Positions 13,951 through 25,985 of a DNA stretch of 64,000 nt are shown here, in pieces. Under the pieces are notes generated by a model. The model ran no database searches, was not told the DNA's origin, and saw only the letters and a program-made list of their open reading frames with translations. The DNA lies in the NCBI RefSeq assembly GCF_001194135.2, contig NC_068990.1, positions 19,863,330 to 19,927,329 of the forward strand, in the 5' to 3' direction. How positions within the stretch are numbered: position 1 is the stretch's first letter; the number at the start of each line of letters is the position of its first letter. Made by a program: the position numbers and the translations under genes. The DNA is from Octopus bimaculoides (Eukaryota).

Positions 13951-14199
13951 GTAATTTATTGTATTCAGTATTTAAACTAAGAGCTACTAATAGTTTCACA
14001 CAATAAAGACACTGAGATGAAGCAGATTTATATAATTCTACCTAATCTTAATGTCTCTATGATGAGAAGCTATTGGAAGCTATTATTTTAAACATGTGTG
14101 CATTAAATGATATTTATCCCTCACTGCATTGAGTACGCTTTTTGTTGATCCTAACTTAACGGAGCATGGAATGATTAAGACGCTCTTCGATCATGAATA

Positions 14200-14508
14200 A
14201 CCAAGGAATTTCACCTAGAAAATTTCCCCTCCGAGGCACAAGCCTGAATAAAGTTGTTTATGGAAGACCAGCAGTCGCCCATGCCTCTCCACGCCTCTCC
14301 TCTTCACGCCACTGATGTTATCCGAGGGAAAAGCAACGACCGATACAGTTTTGCACCAGTGACATCGCAACTCATTTCTACAGCTGACTGAACTGCAGCA
14401 ACGTGAAATAAGTGTCTTGCTCAAGAACACAACACAACGCACCGGTCTGGTAATCAAACTTACTGCTTCGTTATTTTAACCCTAACCACTATGTCATGCG
14501 CCTTCACC
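14200..14508 (-). mobile_element. tRNA-derived SINE (family B)
   Basis: It contains the cagctgactgaactgcagcaacgtgaaataagtgtcttgctcaagaacacaac core and ends cctaaccactatgtcatgcgccttcac. Confidence 0.75.
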
Positions 14509-14977
14509 TTAACGGAAGAATATACTATATTTGTGTGTGTTTGTGAACGCGTGTGTGTGTGTGTCTAGCGTTATTTTCGTTTTCCAGTGTTTGCTTGTTA
14601 TTGTTTAGCTTCAGAACAGCCTCGATCATGAAGATGTACGATCAAACTTCATATTTCTCTAAGTATATACGTTTTTCTACATTTCTGTTTCCTGTAAAGC
14701 TCTCTCCAATTTACTCGTTGTTGTTTCTCTTAACCACATCACCAATATTTATTGTGAGAATATTCACAGTAAATTTTTTCCACGCATCGATTTTATTTTT
14801 ATATTACACAGACACTTTTTTAGCAATTTTTTTTTTACTTTTTGTCATTATATTTGTTTTGTCAAATGTTAAAACCTAAATTTAACATTTTAAACTATGG
14901 ATATTAAAATTTCCAATATTTTTTTAAATTTTGAATGATAAAAGTTAGCGGGAAACATATTATCAATAGCATTATTA

Positions 14978-15105
14978 GGTCGAGTTTGCCTTTTTATCTG
15001 TTTGTAGTTGATAAAATAAGTACCAGTTTAGTACTGAGATCGATGTAATTGACTTACTCCGCACCAAAAATTGCTGGCCTTGTGGCAAAATTTGAAACCA
15101 TTATT
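14978..15105 (+). mobile_element. SINE family A, 3' half
   Basis: The segment ggtcgagtttgcc...gataaaataagtaccagt...ggccttgtggcaaaatttgaaac matches other family A copies. Confidence 0.65.
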
Positions 15106-15484
15106 AGAATGTAAGTTTTAAGCATACGTAAAATTCTTTTGAGCTTCGTTTTCGAAGTATATATAAAGCTATAAATAATAGTATATGAACAGACGGTTGG
15201 AAAATCTTTTGGGATATAAAATGACCGAAGAAAGCACGTTGGACACGAACTCATATCTTCTGCAGACATGACAGACGTATTAACACTGAACAAAAGTAAT
15301 CTTTCGTATTTCTCAACACATTTTAGAAACTGAATCCTTACAAGGGAAAATTGTACGTTTCTGCCATAAGAATTTATAAACTTTCGGGTAAACGTGATAT
15401 AATTCCTTTCTGGTTTCTGTTTTCGAAGAACATATAAGATTGAAAATAATGGTTTCACATTTTGGGACAGAACACGCAGTTTTG

Positions 15485-15600
15485 AGGGTAAGGAGAAGCC
15501 AAATATATCGACCCCAGTTCTTGGCTTGTTCTTGTGTATTGACACTGAAAGTATGAAAGGCAAAGTCGATGTCGGCGCACTTAAACTAAAAACATAGAAG
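15485..15600 (-). mobile_element. SINE family A fragment
   Basis: It contains atcgaccccagt and tgaaaggcaaagtcga. Confidence 0.5.
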
Positions 15601-15870
15601 CGTTACGTCTGTCTGCACGTTCTGTTTTAAAATTCTGTCGAGGTCCACTTTTTCTTTCCTCCTGTCCGTGTCGATAAAATATATATTATACTGAACACTG
15701 TTGCCGATGTAGACGACTTTCCACTGCCCCGAAATTTCTGCTCGTGTATCAAATGCCGAAACCATTTATATGTGCGAGTGTATGTGTGTGTGACTGTGTA
15801 GATAGATAGAGAGACAGACAAACAGACAGAAGAATGACAGACAGGTATATATATATATATATATATATAT

Positions 15871-15923
<53 letters not shown>

Positions 15924-16289
15924 CTGATAGAATAATAGATAGATAGATAGATAGATAGATGGACAGACAGATAGATAGTAGGTAGACAAATAGACAGACA
16001 GACAGATAGAATACGAGATATCCGATTCTGTATTGATTTTTAATGTTTAGCATATGTAATTTGTTCTATCTATTTATTAGTTCGGTTGTTTGGCTTCGTT
16101 TGGTTTGGCTTCGTTTGGTAGCAAATATATAAACTGGTTAAAATTTAGAATATCGATACACTAGACATGTCTAGCTATCAAATTAACTTCGTATATTGCT
16201 TCTTAGGTAAGAATTGGGAAAGCTGATGGAATGACATTAATAAAAACAAGATCTGAGTTTACGTAAACCGTTTGAATATTGTGTTATAG

Positions 16290-16636
16290 ACACGTGTACG
16301 CTTAACGTAGTTCTCGGGGATATTCAGCGGGACACAGTGTGACAAGGCTGACCATTTGAACAACAGACACAACAGAAACAGGAAGTAAGAGTGAGAGAAA
16401 GTTGTGGTGAAAGACTACAGTAAGGTTCGCCACCATCCCCTGGCGGAGCCTCGTGGTGCTTTAGGTGTTTTCGCTCAATAAACACTCACAACGCCCGGTC
16501 TGGGAATCGAAACCGCGATCCTATGACCGCGNNNNNNNNNNTTTCGCTCAATAAACACTCACAACGCCCGGTCTGGGAATCGAAACCGCGATCCTATGAC
16601 CGCGAGTCCGCTACCCTAACCACTGGGCCATTGCGC
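16290..16636 (-). mobile_element. tRNA-derived SINE
   Basis: The reverse complement starts gcgcaatggcccagtggttagggtagcggactcgcggtcataggatcgcggtttcgattccc, with clear A and B boxes. An artefactual duplication spans a 10-N gap. Confidence 0.8.
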
Positions 16637-16797
16637 TACCACTTTATATATATATATATATATATATCTCAATTCCCTCTCTCAGGAATTGGGAACAGTA
16701 TACTGTATCGTTTGTGCCGGAAGCTCCAATAGAAACATTGGAGAACGTTTGCGTGTCAATCGGATGAGAATGCAGAGGATTCGGATACATAAGAATC

Positions 16798-17043
16798 AAA
16801 CATCCAGTCAGCATCATTGTGTTTGGAGTGATCACTAGTGATGGCTACGTTATGCTTCCATTCATCTTCCCACTGGGCCTCGCACTCAACACGGAGGCCT
16901 ACATCAAGTGCCAGGAGGCGACAGTGCTGCCCTGAGTCACGAGGGTGGCTGGTGGAACACGCTATGTCTAGCAAGAGGACTCTGCTCCATGCCACAAATA
17001 CAGGAGAACCAGGCATGGCTGTCAGACTATTTCTGTGACCACT
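16798..17043 (+). pseudogene. Tc1/mariner maT (DD37D-type) transposase fragment
   Basis: Manual translation gives KHPVSIIVFGVITSDGYVMLPFIFPLGLALNTEAYIKCQEATVLP*VTRVAGGTRYV*QEDSAPCHK, then a frameshift to QAWLSDYFCDH. This has the QQDSAPCH-type catalytic motif, with two stops at Trp positions. Confidence 0.85.
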
Positions 17044-18425
17044 ATCCACACAACCCTTGCTAGAGCACTTTCGTGGACCATGCATCTGCTCTCTCTCCCT
17101 GTACCTGCCTCGCCACTGCCCGTCTCTCGTTTCGCCTCACCTACAATCCCTCCACCGCACCATTCTTCGAGCCCTCCGGCGAGTATTGTGTGACCTCAAC
17201 CCCTCGAATATCATCCCCAACCTACCCCTTCTCTCCTTCAAACTAGCCCACAACCTGCGTGACCCCCCAGTTAATAGTTTCTTCCCTAACCACACCTCCC
17301 TGCCATGCTCGTTCTCCTGCTTCCTCCCACGCTGTCGCACTTGTCTCTACCTCTCGAATATAACCATCCTCACAGGTGCCCATCATCGCCTTTACCTTCA
17401 CTTCTAGGAACGTCATTTACTCTATCTTCTGCTCTTTTTGCCCTTCTCTGTACATCGGTCGAACGGGATGCCAGTTGGCTGATTGGTTCAAAGAGCACCT
17501 CAGAGAAATTAGACTTGACAATGACACCCCGGTCTTGTGCCATTTCTGCCCTAACGGTCATTCGTTACAACACCTGTCTGTGTTTGGATTATCTTTGCAT
17601 AGAGACCATCCGGACTCCCGCCTTCACAGTGAACAAGAATTTATCTTCTCTCTTCGCGCCACATGGGCTCAACTACCTCCTTTCTTCATCTGATTGCCCT
17701 CCTCTCCTCTCTTCATCTTACACCTACTTCTTTTCTTCACTTCTACCCACCTCTCCTCTCCTCCTCTCACACCCACTCCCTCTCTTCACTCCTACCCACC
17801 TTCTTTCTTCATTGGGACCCCGTCCGCCCACCCGACCTCACTCCTACATACCCAACCCCTACACCCACATCCTCACCCACACCCTCACCCACAGCCACAT
17901 CCTCACCAACAAACTCACACCACACCCATAACCTACGCACCTACCCACACCCACTCCCACAGCACACCACTCAGCACACACTAGCATTGACCACTTCCAA
18001 GTATCCACAGCATACACCATCATCACACCCACACACATTTACACACGCAGACACACTTACACACGCACACATCCACACACGTCAAAATCACTAGCCTCTA
18101 TCCAAACACATATTTACACATTCTCTCTCACATACACACACACTACGCGCATCTCCGTTTTATGATGACCAATACTTTATTATCTCCCCTTCTTTCTACC
18201 GCCTATCAAACCTTTTTCCCGAAACAGTCGCCATGCTTGATCGCTAAATTCACACATTTTTCTTTTTATTTTTTCTCTGTTTATTTTCTCTTATTCATTT
18301 TTGTTGAAGAGCGTACGCTCCAAACGTAAAATACTTTCTCACTTTCTCGAGTGTCAGACTAATACACCTGCTTGTTGCTCTTACATCTGTCTTCGTCTTT
18401 TGTTTTTCTGTAAATTTCAACTATA
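17044..18425 (+). mobile_element. 5'-truncated Penelope-like element (GIY-YIG, low-complexity spacer, terminal repeat)
   Basis: An RT-EN linker (LSFKLAHNLRD...CFLPRCRTC) leads into GIY-YIG, then a CAC/CA-rich tract. The pLTR contains gttgaagagcgtacgctccaaacgtaaa and is homologous to 7345-7510. Confidence 0.85.
17376..17693 (+). pseudogene. Penelope GIY-YIG endonuclease domain
   Basis: The ORF reads FTFTSRNVIYSIFCSFCPSLYIGRTGCQLADWFKEHL...HF...HS...SEQEFIFSL, the NVIY/CxxC/YIG/EH pattern of PLE endonucleases. Confidence 0.87.
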
Positions 18426-19768
18426 TNNNNNNNNNNNNNNNNNNNNNNNNNNNNNNNNNNNNNNNNNNNNNNNNNNNNNNNNNNNNNNNNNNNNNNNNNN
18501 NNNNNNNNNNNNNNNNNNNNNNNNNNNNNNNNNNNNNNNNNNNNNNNNNNNNNNNNNNNNNNNNNNNNNNNNNNNNNNNNNNNNNNNNNNNNNNNNNNNN
18601 NNNNNNNNNNNNNNNNNNNNNNNNNNNNNNNNNNNNNNNNNNNNNNNNNNNNNNNNNNNNNNNNNNNNNNNNNNNNNNNNNNNNNNNNNNNNNNNNNNNN
18701 NNNNNNNNNNNNNNNNNNNNNNNNNNNNNNNNNNNNNNNNNNNNNNNNNNNNNNNNNNNNNNNNNNNNNNNNNNNNNNNNNNNNNNNNNNNNNNNNNNNN
18801 NNNNNNNNNNNNNNNNNNNNNNNNNNNNNNNNNNNNNNNNNNNNNNNNNNNNNNNNNNNNNNNNNNNNNNNNNNNNNNNNNNNNNNNNNNNNNNNNNNNN
18901 NNNNNNNNNNNNNNNNNNNNNNNNNNNNNNNNNNNNNNNNNNNNNNNNNNNNNNNNNNNNNNNNNNNNNNNNNNNNNNNNNNNNNNNNNNNNNNNNNNNN
19001 NNNNNNNNNNNNNNNNNNNNNNNNNNNNNNNNNNNNNNNNNNNNNNNNNNNNNNNNNNNNNNNNNNNNNNNNNNNNNNNNNNNNNNNNNNNNNNNNNNNN
19101 NNNNNNNNNNNNNNNNNNNNNNNNNNNNNNNNNNNNNNNNNNNNNNNNNNNNNNNNNNNNNNNNNNNNNNNNNNNNNNNNNNNNNNNNNNNNNNNNNNNN
19201 NNNNNNNNNNNNNNNNNNNNNNNNNNNNNNNNNNNNNNNNNNNNNNNATATATATATATATATATATATATATACGCACATACATACATATTCATACATG
19301 TGTGTGTGTGTGTGTGTGTCTGTGTGTGTATGCATGTGTGTAATGTGCATCCTCACACACTAATATATAATCATGTCAAAGTAGTCAATAAAAATGAAAC
19401 AAAAATATATATGAAAACTAAGAGATAATGGAAGAAAGCAACGCATATATTCTATTGTTCAAAGAACGCATTGCAAGAGCTATTGTAATCTTGGCTTAAA
19501 TTGATTGTGTTTTTCTGTTTTATAACTTTCTATCTGAAATCCCTTTATTCTGAAATAATAATGCTTAATCAATAAAATCTATATTATCTGTCAATATTTT
19601 TTCAAGAATATGTTGTATGTATACGTGTCTATCCATGCACTGATATATTGATATATACATACATCCATACATTTACATGTGCAGATGTATATGTATGGAT
19701 ATATATATGTACATATATACATACATACATACACACACACACACATATATATATATATGTATGTGTGT

Positions 19769-19800
<32 letters not shown>

Positions 19801-20092
19801 NNNNNNNNNNNNNNNNNNNNNNNNNNNNNNNNNNNNNNNNNNNNNNNNNNNNNNNNNNNNNNNNNNNNNNNNNNNNNNNNNNNNNNNNNNNNNNNNNNNN
19901 NNNNNNNNNNNNNNNNNNNNNNNNNNNNNNNNNNNNNNNNNNNNNNNNNNNNNNNNNNNNNNNNNNNNNNNNNNNNNNNNNNNNNNNNNNNNNNNNNNNN
20001 NNNNNNNNNNNNNNNNNNNNNNNNNNNNNNNNNNNNNNNNNNNNNNNNNNNNNNNNNNNNNNNNNNNNNNNNNNNNNNNNNNNNNNNNNNNN

Positions 20093-20126
<34 letters not shown>

Positions 20127-20989
20127 ATCTATGTATGCCTGGATATTGAATATTTCATATCATCTGCATTATTGACATGCAAGATGAGTCGCTGGAAGCA
20201 TCAAACTACAATATTGACCTTTTTTCAAATGCTATGCTAACTCCGAATAATAAAGCAATAAAACTTATTATTACTATTATTTTTGTTATTATTCTTATTT
20301 TTATTATTGATATTTTTCTTTTTCTTCTTATTATTATTGCATTATCAGCATGACGCCGATTGAGTTCACTCTTATTTTTATAGATTGTAAACTGGGTTTT
20401 AGAAAGCTTACTGCCAAATTGTGCGTTCTATTTTGATGCTAAGAAGAAAAGCATTCTGTGGAATTGGTCAGTTGACATTTTGTTTATATTTCAAACATAA
20501 AAAATTTTGATAAAATATCAAAACAACTTCCCATAGAAATCTTTCAATATGATACCAGTCGTAAGGAAATCATATTTGAAGAAGCAGTGCTGACGCTTCT
20601 TTACGTGTGCGGTTATAATCCAAATCATCAACAATCGTCCTACGAGAAAAGTAATGAAAAGAACAACAATTGAATAAACAATCACAAGATACCAAGCATG
20701 ACCACTGTCAACGGCACCATTATAATACGTGGGCGTATCCGGACCAACAAGACCATATTCATACGGTCGACGCTAAGTTCCACAATCATAGCTGCACCAC
20801 TCCTGCTACCTCTACTATATCAACTGTCTTCATTGCTTCCACTGCCTCCACTTCCTATGCAATTATTAACAATTACCATAACAACAAACACCACCATTGC
20901 TATTATTCGCACCACTATTGTTAGATCATTGCTGTTACATCATTGTTGAGTTCATTTTCCGTAACACCAACACAAACACCACAAAATAT

Positions 20990-21400
20990 AGTCATATAAC
21001 AGCGCCATTTATTACTGAACTAATGGGGCATAATTGCTCGTGCCTAGTCTATCCAAATTGGTCCGGATGTCCAAGAAAAAATATATTTTAGTCTTTGTCT
21101 TCTTAACAACAGTATATTTTAAATATAATTACCGGCGATATGAAACGTTTTATAGAGAAAACAAATGCAGGAAAACTACTATATCCATAATACATGTGAC
21201 TCTACCACAAACTATTTTCGAGGCTCGTGAGGAAATGTACATATCTAATACCTGGGCTACAAAAGCAACATATATAGAATTAATCAAAGGACATACTAAG
21301 TATCTCTACCGGTTTGAAATAACAGCCAAAACTCGTTATTAAATCGCCAAAAAATACACTGGTGATTACTACAGAAATCAAACGTCAAATTTGGTTAAGA
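20990..21400 (+). mobile_element. Highly decayed Penelope GIY-YIG remnant
   Basis: HNCSCLVYPNWSGCPRKNIF and ATYIELIKG resemble the CxC..CPL.G.C and YIG segments. The similarity is weak. Confidence 0.35.
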
Positions 21401-22199
21401 CAATCTACTTACATACATTTAAGTGTATGGATTTACGTGAATTAGTTTCTGCATCGGCATTATATGCCTTAGCTTCTTCAGCACGCATTACCAGGAAAGC
21501 GATTCCCAACCTATTCTTCCGAAATCTGTGCCGCTACTGATTCGTTTCGCGCCGAAACCACAGAAGCTTCCCAGTGTAAAATAATCTCGTTACAGAATTA
21601 CGAGAAAAATAAATTTATTAAAAATTGATTTACAAAGGTACCGTTAATTCTATTATTATCCAATGTCACTAGTGGAAACACTGAAAAGTTTGGCAGCCAT
21701 TGGTATAGATGTATGAATCTTATTTACTATGCATACAGAGTTTATTTATATCTAAATTTATTTAATTACAAAGAAAACATATTCAACTTTAGAAACTTAG
21801 GTATTATTGTATTATTCATACAGTATTTATTTAAATTTATTCAAATTCAATAAATATAATTCTTTTAACTTTATGAATAGACAAGAAATCGCTTTCGCTC
21901 TAATTAGTAGTGTAATTTATTTAGGTATATTAGTTGATGGTTTGGGTTCCTACATTATTTCTCAATTTAATTAATAGTGTAGAGGCACAATGTTTAGGTA
22001 GCATATACTTGGTGTTCAATTCTTTAACTAAATCTATTCAAAAACAACGAAAGTATATTCAACTTTAATAATTACTCCTATGTATAATTTTATTATTCAC
22101 TCAATTTCTATTTAATTATATGCATTTCAATCTATTCAAATTTATTAGATGTATATTTAACCCTATGCACACAGTAAAAACCTCTTTCTTTCTTATTGT

Positions 22200-22740
22200 T
22201 TAATAATTTGTTTTCATGTAGGGATTTCATACAGTTCATCTATACAGAGTTTACATCTTTTGTTCACAACGCTATAAGATTTTTCCCGGCTAATTATTTC
22301 CAATCTAAGTGTAAGTTCCTTATTTTTATCATTAATTGTCAAAATTAGTTTACTAAAATTAGTGTTTGCTTCTTTTCGTCTATCCCAAAAAGTGTTTTCA
22401 TGGTTCGCAATCATTCTTTTTATATAATTTTCAAACCATCATAGCAGAAGCGCGGCGAATCAGCACAAGTGACCTCCAAAGCAGAACTCTTTCAATTTGG
22501 TGGTATTGGATGTATTGTCTATTGTCTATTATGAGCTTCTATCCACAGATAGGACCATGAATTCTGATGTGTGTTACGACTAGCAGAGGACCACGTAGAG
22601 TATCCGAGACTTGCTAATCGTAAGGGCATACTGGGAATACTTCTGGCAAGTATTGTAGCATTCTCCAGAGTGGCGCAACCTTCTATCTTCAGTTTCCCAC
22701 CAGCTTCAGTATCTCTAAAATTCCTTGAAGGTACAGACCG
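22200..22740 (-). mobile_element. Decayed Penelope GIY-YIG remnant
   Basis: ANHENTF...TNFSKLILTINDKN...ISREKSYSVVNKRCKLCIDELYEI matches the NH..SF...T.LSK...K.Y....KRC.LC..E pattern. LEVTC...CYDGL and AHNRQ lie upstream. Confidence 0.6.
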
Positions 22741-24359
22741 TTACCTCTATAGAGAAAAATGCACATAGAAGAGCGTTTCGTTAGTAAAGACAGAAAATCC
22801 TCTCAGCTGAAAATATTGGATAACAAAACATCCTGCAACGAAACAATAATTATATCGTCGATTCAATAACCTGCTTTGTATTTAAAATGTTTTATTTTCG
22901 CTTAAAAATGAAGAGAAACGCTTTGTCCAACTCAATATTTATCATTTTCTGAAAATGCATGATTATATTATAATTTGATGCTAATTAAGGCATTGTGTGT
23001 ATTGTGACTCGCGTAAATGTTACTTTCTGATTCTGCACATTGTATATTACATTTTGCTTTTCCTATTACTCCATATATGGACAGAAATCTGGAGAAATGT
23101 TGCATAATTTTCTAGCGTAAGTATATATTGTAACCAAGCCAGGATTTGCTTCATCGTAAGAAGTAGTGCAGTTAATGAAATTGAAGAACTTAAAATCGTT
23201 AGGGAAATATATTAAATTCAAAAGAATCGATAGAAAATTTCTATCCACGTATTCAATAAAAACTAAAATGTGAAAGAAAGTAAAAAATAAAAGAAAAGAA
23301 AATAATGGTGAATGCAAAAGAAAAGGAAACTTAGAAAATCAGCTAATAACAAAAAACAAAAAGCATATTTACTTTTACAATATTCAGCTAGGAAGAGGGA
23401 TTTTGTGCTAGTCTTCAAAGTAAGATATTTGATAGATCCCATTTTCCACCTTTCTAGTTTTTCTGTCTTGTGCTTCCTTGTCGTATTTAAGTAAAATTCT
23501 TTGAAGTCATCTTAGAATATTTCTCAGTTGGCATATTTCTAAGTCTGGAATATAATCCTCACAGGATCTTAAATGAAGGAAATAAAGAAATAGTGAAACA
23601 TCAAAAATACACAAAATCAACTTTTCAAATAAATGCATAGATAAAGTAGAAAACGAGAAAACTTCTGTGTCTGTGGAATGCAATACTTTTTACTGTACAG
23701 AATTTATAAAATATTTCCATAAGCAACGTAAAAATAACTCTCATACGCAGAAAATCAGAAGATTTGAAAGATACGATGTAGCCGAGATTCCCCTCTCATG
23801 CATAACTTGTAAATATCATCCAATACAAGAAAGATAACAGGTTATTTTTGTTAAGATTCTCCCTTTACCTGAAGTCACCTCTGATGAACAATAAATGACC
23901 TATGGTCTAAGAAATGCCAGCCACGTTTCCAACGTCTTTTTGTCTTATACTTAATGTATCTAGGATTATGTTGTTGAAAGCGTCACTTGTTATACTCGCT
24001 GGGTTTGTAGAAAATAATAAAGCACATGGACATTTTAGGGCAACGTAGACAGAAAGATTGTTATTATTAAAGCAAATGTTATTATAGTAGGTCGAAAAGG
24101 CAGTAAAAGAAGACAGTGTACCTGAAATCAAGAGGCTAGAGATGGTTTGTGAGTGCCTTTAGATGAAGCAGTTAGATGTTGTGAGTGAGCTGTAGAACCA
24201 TTCCATAGAGCAACTCTCTATTCTGAATATCACCTGGGCTTTGTAGAGTACTAGTCAGAGGTCTACGAGAAACGTATGGATAGCAGAAAGTTTACAGGTC
24301 TTGAAAACCCTTTTGGGATCATTTCAATGAAATTTACATCAATTTAGCCGCTTGTGAAA

Positions 24360-24660
24360 TGAAAAATATCCAGCACTTCCAATCTTGGACCACGGATATC
24401 CGAGACAGCAAATAGCGGAGACTGGCATCGTCATGTATCTTCAGGAAACCGCAGTCAAACGCCCCCAATACCACACCACTTCAGTCTTCAAAAACGACAC
24501 ACTAAATAATATATTGCCAGTTTCCCAGCAGATAAGAACAGAACGGAATGGTCACGTATGGACAACCTCCAGCGAAAAGTCGACTCAGTTAGAGCAAGAT
24601 TGGTGTCAAACAACAACGACATGCGCCTGTACCACTTAGCTTGTTTAACCGCAACAACAC
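24360..24660 (+). mobile_element. RTE-clade LINE ORF C-terminal remnant
   Basis: FKNDTLNNILPVSQQIRTERNGHVW resembles the RTE motif TN.ELY..LP..S..IR.RR..AGH.W. Confidence 0.45.
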
Positions 24661-25499
24661 AATCAAAATGAATGAAATTCAATATTATGAAAACATGTTC
24701 ATTATCCTCTTGTATTTTTACAGAAAATGCTTTATAAATATTTTGGTATGTCTTTTCAACATGCATCATATGATTCGCTAAACTTAAATATTTAATATTA
24801 ATTAATGTTTTTGCTTGTTATATTTATAATTCATGTTTCAAATTCATAGTAAATAGTTTTAAATGCTGTTGCCCTTTTGTAAAGCTGAAATCAATTAAGT
24901 TGAAGTAAATATCGCATGGGAAGAAAACGGAAATCTTAAAGTGAGAGAAATGTAAATAAACAGATTCAGAATATGTTATAATTATTATTTCGTATAAAAC
25001 GATCTCATGAAATTACTTCATTTGAAGTATTCATTAAGATTGGCAGATTGCCTGTGTTGTGGAAATACTAATTCAAAAGCTCAAAATGTTTACGGCTATT
25101 TGGCAGGAGAAGTAACCGTGATATGGAAATAATTTGATTCTTATATAATATTATGCGAGAAGTTGAGAATTCCTGCAACTTTTTAACTGAAACTGTTTAG
25201 CTTCGTAAATAGAAATAAATCGGAGAAATGAATATAAAATGTAATTATCAGCTCCCAAAATTTCAAATGTATTGCAAGCATTTCATTCGTCATAAATCTA
25301 TACAAATCAATGTATCTTATTCTTATAGTCTTCGGTAATAGCTACCGAATTTGCTAGGGAATCTATAGTGCGAAGTATTAAGCATTAGAAACGTTTCATT
25401 GCTCATAAATCTATACATAGTAAGGAAACTTGTTCCTTGCGATCGCCTTAAGGAATAGATGAGACAAATTTTCTTGGGAAAGTGTTATGAGTGCAAAAC

Positions 25500-25720
25500 G
25501 TAAACACCATACTGTCAGAATTGTTAGAGTATCGAAAAATTTGCTTTGCAGTATTTTTTCCTACGCTTTACAATCTGAGTTAAAATTCCGCCGAGGCCCA
25601 CTTTGCCTTTTTTCTTTCCGCGGGCGATAAATTAAGTACCAGCAGCGTACTGCAGTCGATCTAATTGACTGCCCCCCCCCTCTCCAAAAATTTAGGGCCC
25701 TGTGCATAGTGTACAAAAAT
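25500..25720 (+). mobile_element. SINE family A
   Basis: It contains ctgagttaaaattccgccgagg...gataaattaagtaccag...ggccctgtgc. Confidence 0.75.
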
Positions 25721-25779
25721 GTTAACAGTATAACGTATTCCGATTAATTAAACAAATATCCTACCAATGATAAATTAAT

Positions 25780-25985
25780 GATTTCGGCCCAAGGCCACCA
25801 ATTTCGGTGGTGGTGGTGGTGGGGTGTAAGTCGATGGCATTCATCTCAGTGTTCAACTTGCACATATTTTATCGATCCCGAAATGATGAAAGGCGAAGTC
25901 GACCTCGGTAGAATTTGAACACTCATGAAATACCGCGTAGTATTTTGCCCGGAGTGCTAACGATTCTGCCAGCTCTCCGCCTTAC
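25780..25985 (-). mobile_element. SINE family A
   Basis: It ends gtgctaacgattctgccagctctccgcctta and contains gaaaggcgaagtcgacctcgg. Confidence 0.8.

Noticed and set aside
16469-16605. About 63-bp duplication inside a SINE
   Set aside because: It also straddles a 10-N gap (16532-16541), so it is an artefact.
20384-20466. Plus-strand frame IVNWVLESLLPNCAFYFDAKKKSILWNW
   Set aside because: The donor is weak (GTCAGT), the peptide is unrecognised, and it overlaps a stronger minus-strand candidate.
20670-20949. His/Thr-rich and hydrophobic ORFs, with similar cases at 17663-18094, 43436-43714 and 52709-52921
   Set aside because: These are low-complexity CAC/CAA/GTA repeat decay, not supportable as coding.
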